This document shows, piece by piece, positions 9,827 to 19,016 of a stretch of DNA of 64,000 nucleotides. The stretch is taken from positions 1 to 64,000 of the forward strand of contig CAZWBB010000001.1 in NCBI GenBank assembly GCA_964632045.1. The letters run 5' to 3'. How positions within the stretch are numbered: the stretch's first letter is position 1; each line of letters starts with the position of its first letter. The stretch is from an uncultured Methanosarcinales archaeon (GTDB lineage Archaea > Nanobdellota > Nanobdellia > Woesearchaeales > GW2011-AR9). The translations under genes were made by a program, and so were the position numbers. The notes beneath the pieces were generated by a model. That model saw only the letters and a list, made by a program, of their open reading frames with translations, ran no database searches and was not told the origin of the DNA.

Positions 9827-10688
9827 ACCACTGAGACATGGAAATGTACTTACAGAAGAGGAAGTGTTGAAGGAGTTAGAGAACTACGTTCCACCAAAAA
9901 GGGATTCCCGGGATGATCCAGAAGACTGCCTCATCTCAGGATTAGGAACAGATTATGGATTGATCTTCATCGATGAAGAGGGCACTCAGATACGTACTAC
10001 TTTGGATGGGATGGAGTACCAAACAGTATGTGAAGATACAACGGAACATGAGACAGCACATGCAATAACACCTAATACATTCAACTGCCTCTACGTTGAT
10101 GGGGACGAACTATACTTCACCAAAAGAAATGCTCTTTTCAAGTGGCCCGATCTCCAGATCGCAAAATTTGGATCGCTGGCGGAAGGTATTACAAAGAAAG
10201 GTGATAGGTTTTATGTTACACTTAAGGAAGGATCCATCGTCAATCATCTGCTTGAAGGAATCTCCTTCCGCTTGACCAATCCCTGCCAGTTAACTGTAAT
10301 GGGCGCCGGTATATACCACACAGAAGGAGATAGAGGAAGGGGGCTTGTAAAAACCTGTGTAAAATCTCTCTTCAATCCCAAATGCTGGATGAGCGGCTTG
10401 ACTTCCCTCGATAAAAAGATCTACTGTGGTGGGGGAGATATGAAAATCTACTCCCATAGCCATTCTAGTACTGAAACGCTATTCGAAACTGACTTTGGCA
10501 TATGGAGTCTAAAAGCGATAGAACATGACGGTCAACAGATTCTCTTCGCCGGTGGAGAATGCCACCCGGGAATTCTGGTAGTTGACATCAAAAAGAAGGA
10601 AAAGATGTCCACACTTCTGGAAGGCATGCTTGATGGAGTTTCCTCAATCGTTACGGCTCCACTTGAGTTGATTGAAAGGATGAATTAA
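9810..10688 (+). CDS. Leader-family paralog, subfamily A (last array member in window)
   Basis: MTEILKPLRHGNVLTEEEVLKELE leader. LYFTKRNALFKWPD motif. C-term IVTAPLELIERMN. Confidence 0.8.
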   Translation: MTEILKPLRHGNVLTEEEVLKELENYVPPKRDSRDDPEDCLISGLGTDYGLIFIDEEGTQIRTTLDGMEYQTVCEDTTEHETAHAITPNTFNCLYVDGDELYFTKRNALFKWPDLQIAKFGSLAEGITKKGDRFYVTLKEGSIVNHLLEGISFRLTNPCQLTVMGAGIYHTEGDRGRGLVKTCVKSLFNPKCWMSGLTSLDKKIYCGGGDMKIYSHSHSSTETLFETDFGIWSLKAIEHDGQQILFAGGECHPGILVVDIKKKEKMSTLLEGMLDGVSSIVTAPLELIERMN

Positions 10689-10726
10689 CACAATCTTTAT
10701 TAACAAAGTTACATTTGTATGCACAA

Positions 10727-10819
10727 TGGACATCAAAGAGATAATCGGATGGATTGCTTTGGTAATCTTCATTCTGCTGGGGATCATTTTTTTCCTGAGG
10801 CAGTATGGGGTGATCTAGG
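10727..10819 (+). CDS. Small hydrophobic peptide (30 aa, MDIKEIIGWIALVIFILLGIIFFLRQYGVI)
   Basis: Short ORF encoding a single TM helix immediately after array A. It is in a different frame from track ORF 10719..10907, which looks spurious. Confidence 0.25.
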
Positions 10820-10951
10820 TGCTGAAGGACGTTATTTTCTTCGGTGCCATAACTATTACTCTGTTTTTTATTCTAAGCAATTATTTATTCAACAAGGAAT
10901 GCTTTGACACCCTCCAGACGATCTGCACTATCGCTCTTCTTGTGGAGAGTG

Positions 10952-11437
10952 TTATTGTGCAGAAATTATTTTAATCTTATCCCCGATCTCATATTCTCCA
11001 GGAGAACCTAATTCCACCAGATACTTACCCTCTTTCTCAGAATTCCAAAAAGTAAATGGTCGGAAGTTCCTTTTGATCTCAACTATCCTTTTCTCCTCAT
11101 CCAACACCAACACATCGATGGAAAAGAAAACAAACCACATGTGCAAACGGATTTTCCTCGGTTTCTTGAAAACCATCAGCAGGTTCTGCTTCCGGCGAAA
11201 CATCAGCCCTCTGCCAAAAGAGAAGAAATTGCTGCAGATGAGTTCTTTTTCTGAGATGGTTCTATTATTAGTTTTGTTGATGATCACAATAAGGGAAGAA
11301 ATGGTGGATATTCTATAAACTTTACTACACTGCTTCCTCCTTTCGGACAGAATCAACCAGCGAATCATAATCCCTATGCAGAACTTTTGCCAGATCTGAT
11401 TTAGCGAAACGAGGATTTTCCTCCAACAACACATCAT
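10952..11437 (-). CDS. DUF192-family protein (start uncertain, probably downstream of 11437)
   Basis: GRGLMFR motif and C-terminal YLVELGSPGEYEIGDKI are typical of DUF192/COG1430. Overlaps the upstream gene, which suggests a later start. Confidence 0.5.
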   Translation of the reverse strand: MMCCWRKILVSLNQIWQKFCIGIMIRWLILSERRKQCSKVYRISTISSLIVIINKTNNRTISEKELICSNFFSFGRGLMFRRKQNLLMVFKKPRKIRLHMWFVFFSIDVLVLDEEKRIVEIKRNFRPFTFWNSEKEGKYLVELGSPGEYEIGDKIKIISAQ

Positions 11438-11834
11438 AACCTTTGTCCTTCATCTCCTGACGTGTCTCTGCAAAAAGGTTAGCAGTAGTAACCTTTCTCT
11501 CTGCGTAATTAGGAATTTTATAAGCACAGACGCACATAACCAACATATTGAAATCCATGAACGCCCTGATATACCTCTCCGCCACTTCCAGCTCAGTGAA
11601 TTCCTTGATAACCAAATCACCAAAGCGCTCGGAGAAATCAGACTCTTTATCCCTTGTCATCAAATTCACTTGAATATCATCAATTTCCTCTGTTTCTTGG
11701 AACTTACATACAAAAAGCCACTTCTCTCCATCATCTTCATATGCTCTAAGAATACCTGCTCCTAGTGCCAGATTCTCCAATACGTATTTATTGTTCCCCA
11801 TCAACCGTGATAATTGCCACTTACTTATAAACAT
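11325..11834 (-). CDS. Hypothetical protein
   Basis: 169-aa ORF with no recognisable motif. Confidence 0.45.
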   Translation of the reverse strand: MFISKWQLSRLMGNNKYVLENLALGAGILRAYEDDGEKWLFVCKFQETEEIDDIQVNLMTRDKESDFSERFGDLVIKEFTELEVAERYIRAFMDFNMLVMCVCAYKIPNYAERKVTTANLFAETRQEMKDKGYDVLLEENPRFAKSDLAKVLHRDYDSLVDSVRKEEAV

Positions 11835-11915
11835 TTCGCCATTTACTACTTTGAAATAAGTATGACCCCGCCACAGGAAAAATTTAAATAAGAATGTTTC
11901 CTAGGTGAAGAGTAG

Positions 11916-12023
11916 ATGGCAAAAAAAATAGAGAGAGATTGGTTTGGAATAATTGCCTACGTCGTCGGTATTGGTGCAATACTCTTTACGGTGATAATGA
12001 TTATAGTGATGCTATTCAAATGA
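11916..12023 (+). CDS. Small membrane peptide (35 aa, MAKKIERDWFGIIAYVVGIGAILFTVIMIIVMLFK)
   Basis: AGGTGA RBS 7 nt upstream of ATG 11916. Single TM helix. ATGA overlap with the next small ORF. Confidence 0.35.
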   Translation: MAKKIERDWFGIIAYVVGIGAILFTVIMIIVMLFK

Positions 12024-12148
12024 AAAAGCATATTTTGCTGTTCTTGTCGTTAGTTATTTCTAGTATCACTATATTGTATTTACTTATAGCTAACATGAAT
12101 CGAAGAAGTTTCATAACAAGCGAGGATATACTTACACTCCCATCCTGA
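12020..12148 (+). CDS. Small membrane or secreted peptide (42 aa, MKKHILLFLSLVISSITILYLLIANMNRRSF...)
   Basis: Translationally coupled to 11916..12023 by ATGA. N-terminal hydrophobic helix. The longer track ORF from 11939 is an upstream run-on in the same frame. Confidence 0.35.
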   Translation: MKKHILLFLSLVISSITILYLLIANMNRRSFITSEDILTLPS

Positions 12149-12265
12149 AGAAACAATCCCCCCTGTGCTCAACCTGTTGAATAGACCTTACACAGCTGAA
12201 GTTGTATACCATGCAAAGTCTGTTGGGAAGATTGTCAAAGTAAAGGATTTGAAACCAAGATAATC

Positions 12266-12763
12266 TCACTCCATCTTCCAGAGATCATCTCCCACATAAT
12301 GGATGTTCTTGATAACTTTCCCTTCTGTCATCTCCCTCATCTCTTCTCCGGAAAACATGGTTACTCCAACAGCAAGCGGTTTTCTATTATCCACGTCGAG
12401 AATAACAACAAAATTTCCTTCAGCAATCCCTTCCTCGATATTTGTTATACCGGGCCGCATCACGTCTGCTCCATTGATGACAAATTTTATGGCTCCCATA
12501 TCCACGACTATTCTCTTAAGTAGAAAGACATTTTCCTGTAAGTATTTCAATGTTGGAACAGGATTGCCTTCATAAAAAAAGAATGATGGTTGCTTATTGA
12601 TCAGAATTATCTTCTTATCTTCATCCTCCTGAAGTTCTACCTGATCCTTTTTGCTGAGATGGATTGCGTAGTGTTCCAGTTGCCGATTCGCTTCTTTGCT
12701 TTTAAGATGAGTACGTTTCATGATACTGCCAATATGAAGAATCATATAAACTTTGTTCTCCAC
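12266..12763 (-). CDS. PUA-domain RNA-binding protein
   Basis: IKFVINGADVMRPGI PUA signature. N-terminal MKRTHLKSKE...LSKKD is typical of the archaeal PUA family. Alternative start near 12718. Confidence 0.65.
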   Translation of the reverse strand: MENKVYMILHIGSIMKRTHLKSKEANRQLEHYAIHLSKKDQVELQEDEDKKIILINKQPSFFFYEGNPVPTLKYLQENVFLLKRIVVDMGAIKFVINGADVMRPGITNIEEGIAEGNFVVILDVDNRKPLAVGVTMFSGEEMREMTEGKVIKNIHYVGDDLWKME

Positions 12764-12815
12764 TACAACAAAATTTATAAATACAGCATATACTTCTCCT
12801 GCCAGTTGGGGAAAG

Positions 12816-13793
12816 ATGCCAGAAATCGATTACTTCGGAGAAAAGGAATTCTGCGAGAGTGAGCGCTATAATATGAAGAACTTTCTTGGAGCAGGAGCGG
12901 CTGGAGAGGTATATAAAGTCGGTGACAATACTGCCGAGAAGATTACCCTAATCAGGGATTTTGCTTACAAAGACCACATCTCTCCAAAAGTCAGCAGGTT
13001 GCATGATGTAAGATATTTGGGGGGTCATATCTTACAAGTCGACGACAATCTTCTGCAGCTTACGGATGATGAGCTGAAGAGATTCAGGGAATCATTGTAT
13101 GAGGCTAACATGCTGAGAGAAGCGGATGCTAGGAATGTAGTCAGGCTTAATGAACATAAATATGTAGAATGTCGGGGAGACATATATTCTGTCATCGAGA
13201 TGGAATTTGTCAAAGGAGACTCTCTTCATGACGCTACTATAAGCAACCTTGAAGACAAACTGAAGGCTCTTCGCGACGTGGCAGATGCAATATCAGACAT
13301 TCACAAGCAGAAGATAATTCACAGGGATGTCAAGCCAGCCAATATAATATATACTAAGGACAAAGTTCCGGGAGAGGGAAAAGCTACTTTGATAGATTTC
13401 AGTCTTGCCACAAGAGGGTACGGTTCCATCAAACACGAATATGCTCAGTTGCTAACTAATGAGAGTATCCTCCGCTCCAGGCTATCTGCCGGAACCCTCG
13501 GATACATTGCACCGGAAGTGGTCCGTAGCAGGATGATGAGTCCCATGAATGACATTTTCTCATTTGGATTGGTGGCTTACAAAGTGCTGATGCAGAAAGA
13601 GCCATTTTCCGGCGACGAAGAGACCGCATTACGGCAGATAAGAGACTATTGTGATATCGACAAGGAGATCTTCATGTCACGGATGTGGAAAAGTGGGTTT
13701 TCACATTCTCTTTCGGAAGCCTGGGGACAGATGATGTCAGAGGATCCTGACGAGAGGGAGATTAATTCTTTTTATGGTGAGTTGGTCAACTGA
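12816..13793 (+). CDS. Hanks-type Ser/Thr protein kinase
   Basis: GAGAAGEVYK gly-loop, HRDVKPANI catalytic loop, DFSLA, GTLGYIAPE. Start set at MPEIDYF (ATG 12816) with TATA TTTATAAATA about 40 nt upstream. Track ORF starts at 12753. Confidence 0.75.
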   Translation: MPEIDYFGEKEFCESERYNMKNFLGAGAAGEVYKVGDNTAEKITLIRDFAYKDHISPKVSRLHDVRYLGGHILQVDDNLLQLTDDELKRFRESLYEANMLREADARNVVRLNEHKYVECRGDIYSVIEMEFVKGDSLHDATISNLEDKLKALRDVADAISDIHKQKIIHRDVKPANIIYTKDKVPGEGKATLIDFSLATRGYGSIKHEYAQLLTNESILRSRLSAGTLGYIAPEVVRSRMMSPMNDIFSFGLVAYKVLMQKEPFSGDEETALRQIRDYCDIDKEIFMSRMWKSGFSHSLSEAWGQMMSEDPDEREINSFYGELVN

Positions 13794-14412
13794 GGTCAGG
13801 AAGAAATTTTCTGAACCTTCTCAACAACTCTTTTCTTGACAACATACGATCAAAATACAACGTTCCCACTCCAGCTTCTCCTGCATTTTTAATGTCCATC
13901 TCTTGGCAATCTCCGATATGCAGAATCTCTGCACAATCAACACCAAGCTTCTTGGCTATCATTCGATATAGTCTAGCAGGTTTGCCAGCGATTCCAAAAT
14001 CGTCCAGAGAAGAAAAGACGTGCTGGAAATAATTCTTATTCTCAGCTAACTCAACATCAATAAACTCTCTCGTCGTCGAGGAAGTGATGATAAGAGTTAC
14101 TTTTCCCTGCAGTTCTTCCAGAAGCGGTCTCACCTCCTTAAAGAAATGTGGTCCATTTTTCATCATCTTCAGAACATCCTCAAACTTCTGTTCCAACCCC
14201 AGTTCTTTCATCCAATAATTGTAAGAATAATAACGAGAATCATATTTTCCAAAAACCTTGAATTTCCTCTTCAACTGTTCCTTCGCTTCCAAATCTGTTA
14301 TACCTCTCTTCTCCGCATACAATCCAGGTAAGATCTCCATCCAGAACTCATCGGAGAAAGCACTGTCAGATAATGTTCCCTGCAGATCGAAACTGATCAC
14401 TTTGAATTTCAT
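13786..14412 (-). CDS. HAD-superfamily hydrolase
   Basis: N-terminal FDLQGT (DxD-type motif I) and C-terminal GD motif. Confidence 0.6.
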   Translation of the reverse strand: MKFKVISFDLQGTLSDSAFSDEFWMEILPGLYAEKRGITDLEAKEQLKRKFKVFGKYDSRYYSYNYWMKELGLEQKFEDVLKMMKNGPHFFKEVRPLLEELQGKVTLIITSSTTREFIDVELAENKNYFQHVFSSLDDFGIAGKPARLYRMIAKKLGVDCAEILHIGDCQEMDIKNAGEAGVGTLYFDRMLSRKELLRRFRKFLPDLS

Positions 14413-14987
14413 TCCTCTTCCTCCGAATGATCTTCTATAGCTTTTTTCTCCCTGATCTTCACCAGAGAGAAAAGATCATATCCATCCAATGAATCTCTTC
14501 CACCCAAATATTTCAGTTCAATAACGTAAGCGCAACCTACCACTTCTGCTCCACACTTCTCTGCCAGATTGATGGCTGCCTTTGTTGCCCCTGCCCCAGC
14601 CATGATATCATAGACGATCAACACCCTATCTCCCACACCAAAAGAATCCACTTTCACCTGATATTCTCCTTTTCCATACTCTTTGATGAATTCTTCACGG
14701 ACGACTTTTCCGGGCGTCAGATGAGGTTTCCTGATCAGTACAAGAGGCAGGTTTATCTCATAAGCCAGGGCCGATCCTATGGTAAATCCTTTTGATTCGA
14801 TCGCTGCGATTTTTGTCACTTTTGTTTCCTGGAAATGTTCTTTTATGTCGGAGATCACCTTTCTGAAAGCTGCGGGATCTTTCAGCATAGGAGTGAAGTC
14901 CCAATAGAGGACTCCTTCTTTGGGAAAATCCTGCTGTGATGTTATGAATTCTTTGTAATCAAATTCATTTTCGCCAAATCTCTTCAT
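14409..14987 (-). CDS. apt: Adenine phosphoribosyltransferase-like PRTase
   Basis: PRPP-binding motif VLIVYDIMAGAGAT. Size and layout of APRT. ATGA overlap with neighbours. Confidence 0.65.
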   Translation of the reverse strand: MKRFGENEFDYKEFITSQQDFPKEGVLYWDFTPMLKDPAAFRKVISDIKEHFQETKVTKIAAIESKGFTIGSALAYEINLPLVLIRKPHLTPGKVVREEFIKEYGKGEYQVKVDSFGVGDRVLIVYDIMAGAGATKAAINLAEKCGAEVVGCAYVIELKYLGGRDSLDGYDLFSLVKIREKKAIEDHSEEEE

Positions 14988-15622
14988 TCTTCTCCCTCCT
15001 CGATCAGGATCGCTCTTACCGGTGCTGCGTCTATTCCGGTTACTTTAATGGGCAGGCAAACTAGTTGATACTCTTTGGCTTCTGCTTGTTTCAGTCTCAA
15101 GTTATCGATGACTGTAATGCTTTTCTCCAGAAGGATGCGATGGATCTCATTTGCCCCATCCCTTTCAAAACTCTGATAATCATAACCTATCGTAGTCACG
15201 CCTTGACCAATTAAGTAATGGGCAGCAGCTGGAGTCATCGCTACATGATGAGGATTGTACTCTTCCATTGGATCATAAGAATTTTGTGTCTTCAGCAACA
15301 CTTTAGCCTGCGTTATACTGCATCGTTCAAAATGCTTCACATCAATCATATCGTCTATGTGTGTTAAGTCCAACACCTGACACCTGCCGATTAGCCTTTC
15401 CAAAGGGATTTGGTCAGAAGTCCACTTGTCAGAGAACAGGTAGTAAGGGGCATCAACATGTGTTCCTGCATGGGAGCCAAAATTCAGCCAGGTGAAATTA
15501 ACCGGAGCATCTGGAATTCTTGCTACTGGCTCAAGCTGGGGAGGGAGATCCTCTTTCCACACAACTGTTCTTTCATTAAGTTCCATTGAGATATCAATTA
15601 TCTTCTTTGTATCGATCGACAT
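14984..15622 (-). CDS. Cyclase-family protein (kynurenine formamidase-like)
   Basis: HAGTHVDAPYY matches the HxGTHxDxPxH cyclase motif. Confidence 0.65.
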   Translation of the reverse strand: MSIDTKKIIDISMELNERTVVWKEDLPPQLEPVARIPDAPVNFTWLNFGSHAGTHVDAPYYLFSDKWTSDQIPLERLIGRCQVLDLTHIDDMIDVKHFERCSITQAKVLLKTQNSYDPMEEYNPHHVAMTPAAAHYLIGQGVTTIGYDYQSFERDGANEIHRILLEKSITVIDNLRLKQAEAKEYQLVCLPIKVTGIDAAPVRAILIEEGEE

Positions 15623-15623
15623 T

Positions 15624-16898
15624 TTATTCCTCCAGTAACCTATTCATCCTCTCGTACCACTCATACTTTCTCCCTAGACATGCATCTGAAGCTTGAGTAA
15701 GGATATGAGCTCTTTCTGTGAGATACATCTCTTTCAGGGCAGAAAAATTAGGAAGGCATTTAATCAATTCTCTACTTTTATCTGTCCCACTGAAAAAGTC
15801 TAGATGATTTGCTTTTGGCATAGGAGTCCAAGCGGGACCATACATATCCGCCAACTGCCATAGAAACTCAGCCATTGCTCCTTTGCCATGAGTTTCTTCC
15901 TCTAAAACCAGAAGAAACTGTCTCAATAAATGTTCTCTACCTACAAAATCAATAACTTCAGGAACTGTAAAATTGTTCCGATACATTGTCACCAAATCAG
16001 ACTTGCCAATGAGTCTGTCAATTTCCTCCAGTAATACAGGAAATTCAACTTCATCTTCCCCAGAATATCTTTCCCTTATCTCCTTCAGAGTAACTTTTTG
16101 ATAATTCTCGTCATTCATGAAATAGAAATGGCCAATCAGATCTACCCGATTCTCAAAAGGATAAGCACCAGATTCAAAGCATTCCAACTGAGTGTCCTCG
16201 TCGTACGTAGATAAGAAAACTGAATCATACTGCCCACTCCCTGACGTCCGCATGAAAAAAGACAATATCTTAAAGTTTGCTTTGCCAAAAAAGTTAAGAT
16301 ACATTTCAGCATTTCGTAAGGTGGTTCCCGAATCTACATACTCATCAAAGAATAGGAAAGGTTGGGCAACAATTTCTGCTAGCTTGGTCCCCTTCAGGCG
16401 GTCCGCCATCCTCCCCTGCCATGGATTGGGGTCATTCTGACCGATTCCCCTCAAAACCTGAGGCAGTGGCAGTTTTTCACGTTGAAAAGTAGAAGCTGGC
16501 ATCTTTGCGCAAAGATTCCTTATTGCTTCCTCACGGACCTCCTGCGTTGGTAGAACTTCTTCTTTCTCCTCATCAGCAAGATGGTACGCAACAAGTGGAA
16601 AAATGTTTGTTAATGGTTCCCTGGGAAATTTAAGGTAATGCCAACATACATCGACACCTTCTCTTTTGAGTAACTTTTCGCAGACATATGCTAATGGATT
16701 TGCACCTGTTTCTGATACTGCAACTTGACGATAATCACTGGCGACTATTGCATCTACCATCCGTTGAGCAAGTTGAATTACTCTTTCATCCGTCATGAAA
16801 TCAAATCCTTGACCGTATTCCGGACTCACAAAACCTGAAAGATTATCTACATCTCCATAAATGCCCGTCACTTCAATCATCTTTCTTTGATATATCAA
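15624..16898 (-). CDS. Hypothetical protein with PRTase-like motif
   Basis: FLFFDEYVDSGTT resembles a PRPP-binding loop. Otherwise unassigned. Confidence 0.4.
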   Translation of the reverse strand: MIYQRKMIEVTGIYGDVDNLSGFVSPEYGQGFDFMTDERVIQLAQRMVDAIVASDYRQVAVSETGANPLAYVCEKLLKREGVDVCWHYLKFPREPLTNIFPLVAYHLADEEKEEVLPTQEVREEAIRNLCAKMPASTFQREKLPLPQVLRGIGQNDPNPWQGRMADRLKGTKLAEIVAQPFLFFDEYVDSGTTLRNAEMYLNFFGKANFKILSFFMRTSGSGQYDSVFLSTYDEDTQLECFESGAYPFENRVDLIGHFYFMNDENYQKVTLKEIRERYSGEDEVEFPVLLEEIDRLIGKSDLVTMYRNNFTVPEVIDFVGREHLLRQFLLVLEEETHGKGAMAEFLWQLADMYGPAWTPMPKANHLDFFSGTDKSRELIKCLPNFSALKEMYLTERAHILTQASDACLGRKYEWYERMNRLLEE

Positions 16899-17534
16899 TG
16901 AATTTCTTTATCTTCTCCTCATCCTTCCTGTCTTTCCTAAGGTATTCTGACGAATGAGTACTGACTCCCGTAGAAACATCGGTGCCCTGTGGTTTTGTAA
17001 TATCCATGGCTTCTTTCACATTCTCCGGATCAAGTCCGCCGGCGATAAAAACAGGCTTCTCAGAGATCTCTACTAACTTCTTACAAAGATGCCAGTCATT
17101 AGTTACTCCTGTCCCACCTGTATAACCACCAAACCTGGTGTCCAGAAGGATGAAGTCACAATATGGTTGATATCCCTTCAGCTTCTCAGAACTTTTCTCA
17201 TCGTCAACCACGACTGTCTTGATGATTTTCTTGTCCGTAAGCTCCCTTACTTCTCTAAGAACGTCAACTCCAACATCTTCTGAAACCTGGATCCCAGTTG
17301 CTTTGACATAATCAGCCAGGGCAACAATATCTTCTGCTTCCGTCAGATGAGTAACAATAAAACTATCCACTTTCTCTGGAAACTTCTTAATCATCTCTCT
17401 GACATGCTGAGCATGAGGTTCTACCTCGACCGGCAGTACTTTACCTCCCATCACAAAACCGATTGCATCCGCCCCATGCTTTATTGCATTGAACGCATCA
17501 ATTGAATTGCTTATTCCACATATTTTTACTAACA
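16873..17534 (-). CDS. trpF: Phosphoribosylanthranilate isomerase
   Basis: KICGI, ADAIGFV, GGTGVTNDW and AGGLDPENV motifs. Start set at MLVKICGI (17534). The track ORF extends to 17643. Confidence 0.7.
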
Positions 17535-17554
17535 TTTTATTCTCCTCCATTAAT

Positions 17555-18199
17555 TCAATCTTCATTTTTACCATACACATTCCTATGCAGAAACTCCAAC
17601 AACTCTTCCGCACAGCGTTCCGCTGTTCTTCCCGTCGTATCAATCAGATGCTTAGGACAGGTGAACTGCTCCCATACTTGCTTGTATTTTCTTTCCCTTT
17701 CAATCATACTTTGCGGGTGCTGTCTCAGTCCTCTCCGATACTCATCTTTATCCTCTGCCAGCCGGTCCACAATTTCATCAATTGAAGCTGTTACATGGAC
17801 ATAGAAGCCTGGTTGCAGCAGAAAAGGAGTACACAACTTCCTGAAAAGACGGTTATGTATCCATTCTGAATCTGGCAGGTAAGTATCTACTGATTGCACA
17901 TACCTGTCCTGTAAGACAATCTTATCTGTAGCCAGCTTTGGCTTGATGATGCGGGCTGTTTTTGCGGCCAGATCTAGGTAATAAGCACTGGAATGAGGAC
18001 GACTACTGATCCATCTTCCCCAAGTCGTATCATGAGTGAAACCTTTGCTGTAATGAAGCCTCTCCTGCAATTCTTCATCCGCCATCTGCATGACTGCATT
18101 CAGTATAGTAGTCTTTCCGACGCGGTTGAGTCCTTCAACAACAACAAATTTACCTGACATCCTGGCCCTCTTTCTGCCTGCTTCCATAAGCCCTGTCAA
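17555..18199 (-). CDS. Thymidylate kinase-like P-loop kinase
   Basis: P-loop VVEGLNRVGKTT. DRY motif (LQDRYVQS). Probable start MSGKFVVVEG near 18160. Confidence 0.5.
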   Translation of the reverse strand: MTGLMEAGRKRARMSGKFVVVEGLNRVGKTTILNAVMQMADEELQERLHYSKGFTHDTTWGRWISSRPHSSAYYLDLAAKTARIIKPKLATDKIVLQDRYVQSVDTYLPDSEWIHNRLFRKLCTPFLLQPGFYVHVTASIDEIVDRLAEDKDEYRRGLRQHPQSMIERERKYKQVWEQFTCPKHLIDTTGRTAERCAEELLEFLHRNVYGKNED

Positions 18200-19016
18200 A
18201 GTAATGTCTGTTCATCGTCGCATCAAATCCTTCCATCAACCTTGCTTCCGGAGCGGTCAAAAGACTTCCCAGGTCCTCCAGACCACTATCTGTAGGTCTC
18301 AACAGATGTCCTGCAAATGAAAGTATCCTGCAGCGATCATCGCAGGTATGAGCAGCAGCTGAGACAATATTCAGTCCAGGATAAGCCCTCCTGCATCCAT
18401 CAACAACATCTCTGTATTCCTGCCCGGAAATGGCAAACTCAGATTCATGCTGCTCTCCATACCCACTAGCGATGAATTGAGACAACTTCCAGGCGATCAC
18501 ATTTCCGTCAATCAAATCGCCGATTCCCTGAATACTATTTCTATTCTTTCCAGAGACTAAAGTATTTATCTTCACCCCGATCCTCGAATAATCCCTACTC
18601 AGTAAATCGATCAGTTCGCCTACATGCTGATAATGATCTGGTACCGCTTTGGTGGGCCTCATCTGGTTATGCACATCCGGAAGAACAGAATCCAATGGAA
18701 GATTGACAAAATCCAGGTAGTCTGCGATGTATGGCAGCTTCTCCGCCAGCAATGTTCCGTTGGTAGATAAGACGGTAGTCAGACCAGAATCGTGAGCAAA
18801 CTGAAGAAGCTCATCGATATCTCCTCTCAACAGAGGTTCTCCTCCTGTGAAATTAATCGCCTCCAATCCTCTCGACCTTAAGTATTCTAAGCATTGGATA
18901 ACTTCTTCTGTATCCATCTCCTGGGCTAGGTCTTGTTCTCTCCAAAAGGAAAAGCAAAAACCGCAGTCCATGTCGCATCTGGAAGAGACTTCCGCCGTCA
19001 GGTATCGAATCTTCAT
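18150..19016 (-). CDS. Radical SAM domain protein
   Basis: CDMDCGFC (Cx3Cx2C) and FTGGEPLL motifs. Confidence 0.7.
   Translation of the reverse strand: MKIRYLTAEVSSRCDMDCGFCFSFWREQDLAQEMDTEEVIQCLEYLRSRGLEAINFTGGEPLLRGDIDELLQFAHDSGLTTVLSTNGTLLAEKLPYIADYLDFVNLPLDSVLPDVHNQMRPTKAVPDHYQHVGELIDLLSRDYSRIGVKINTLVSGKNRNSIQGIGDLIDGNVIAWKLSQFIASGYGEQHESEFAISGQEYRDVVDGCRRAYPGLNIVSAAAHTCDDRCRILSFAGHLLRPTDSGLEDLGSLLTAPEARLMEGFDATMNRHYFDRAYGSRQKEGQDVR

Noticed and set aside
10719-10907. Track ORF 10719..10907 (MHNGHQRDNRMDCF...)
   Set aside because: No coding signature. A shorter ORF in another frame (10727..10819) encodes a clean TM helix and is more plausible, though still low confidence.
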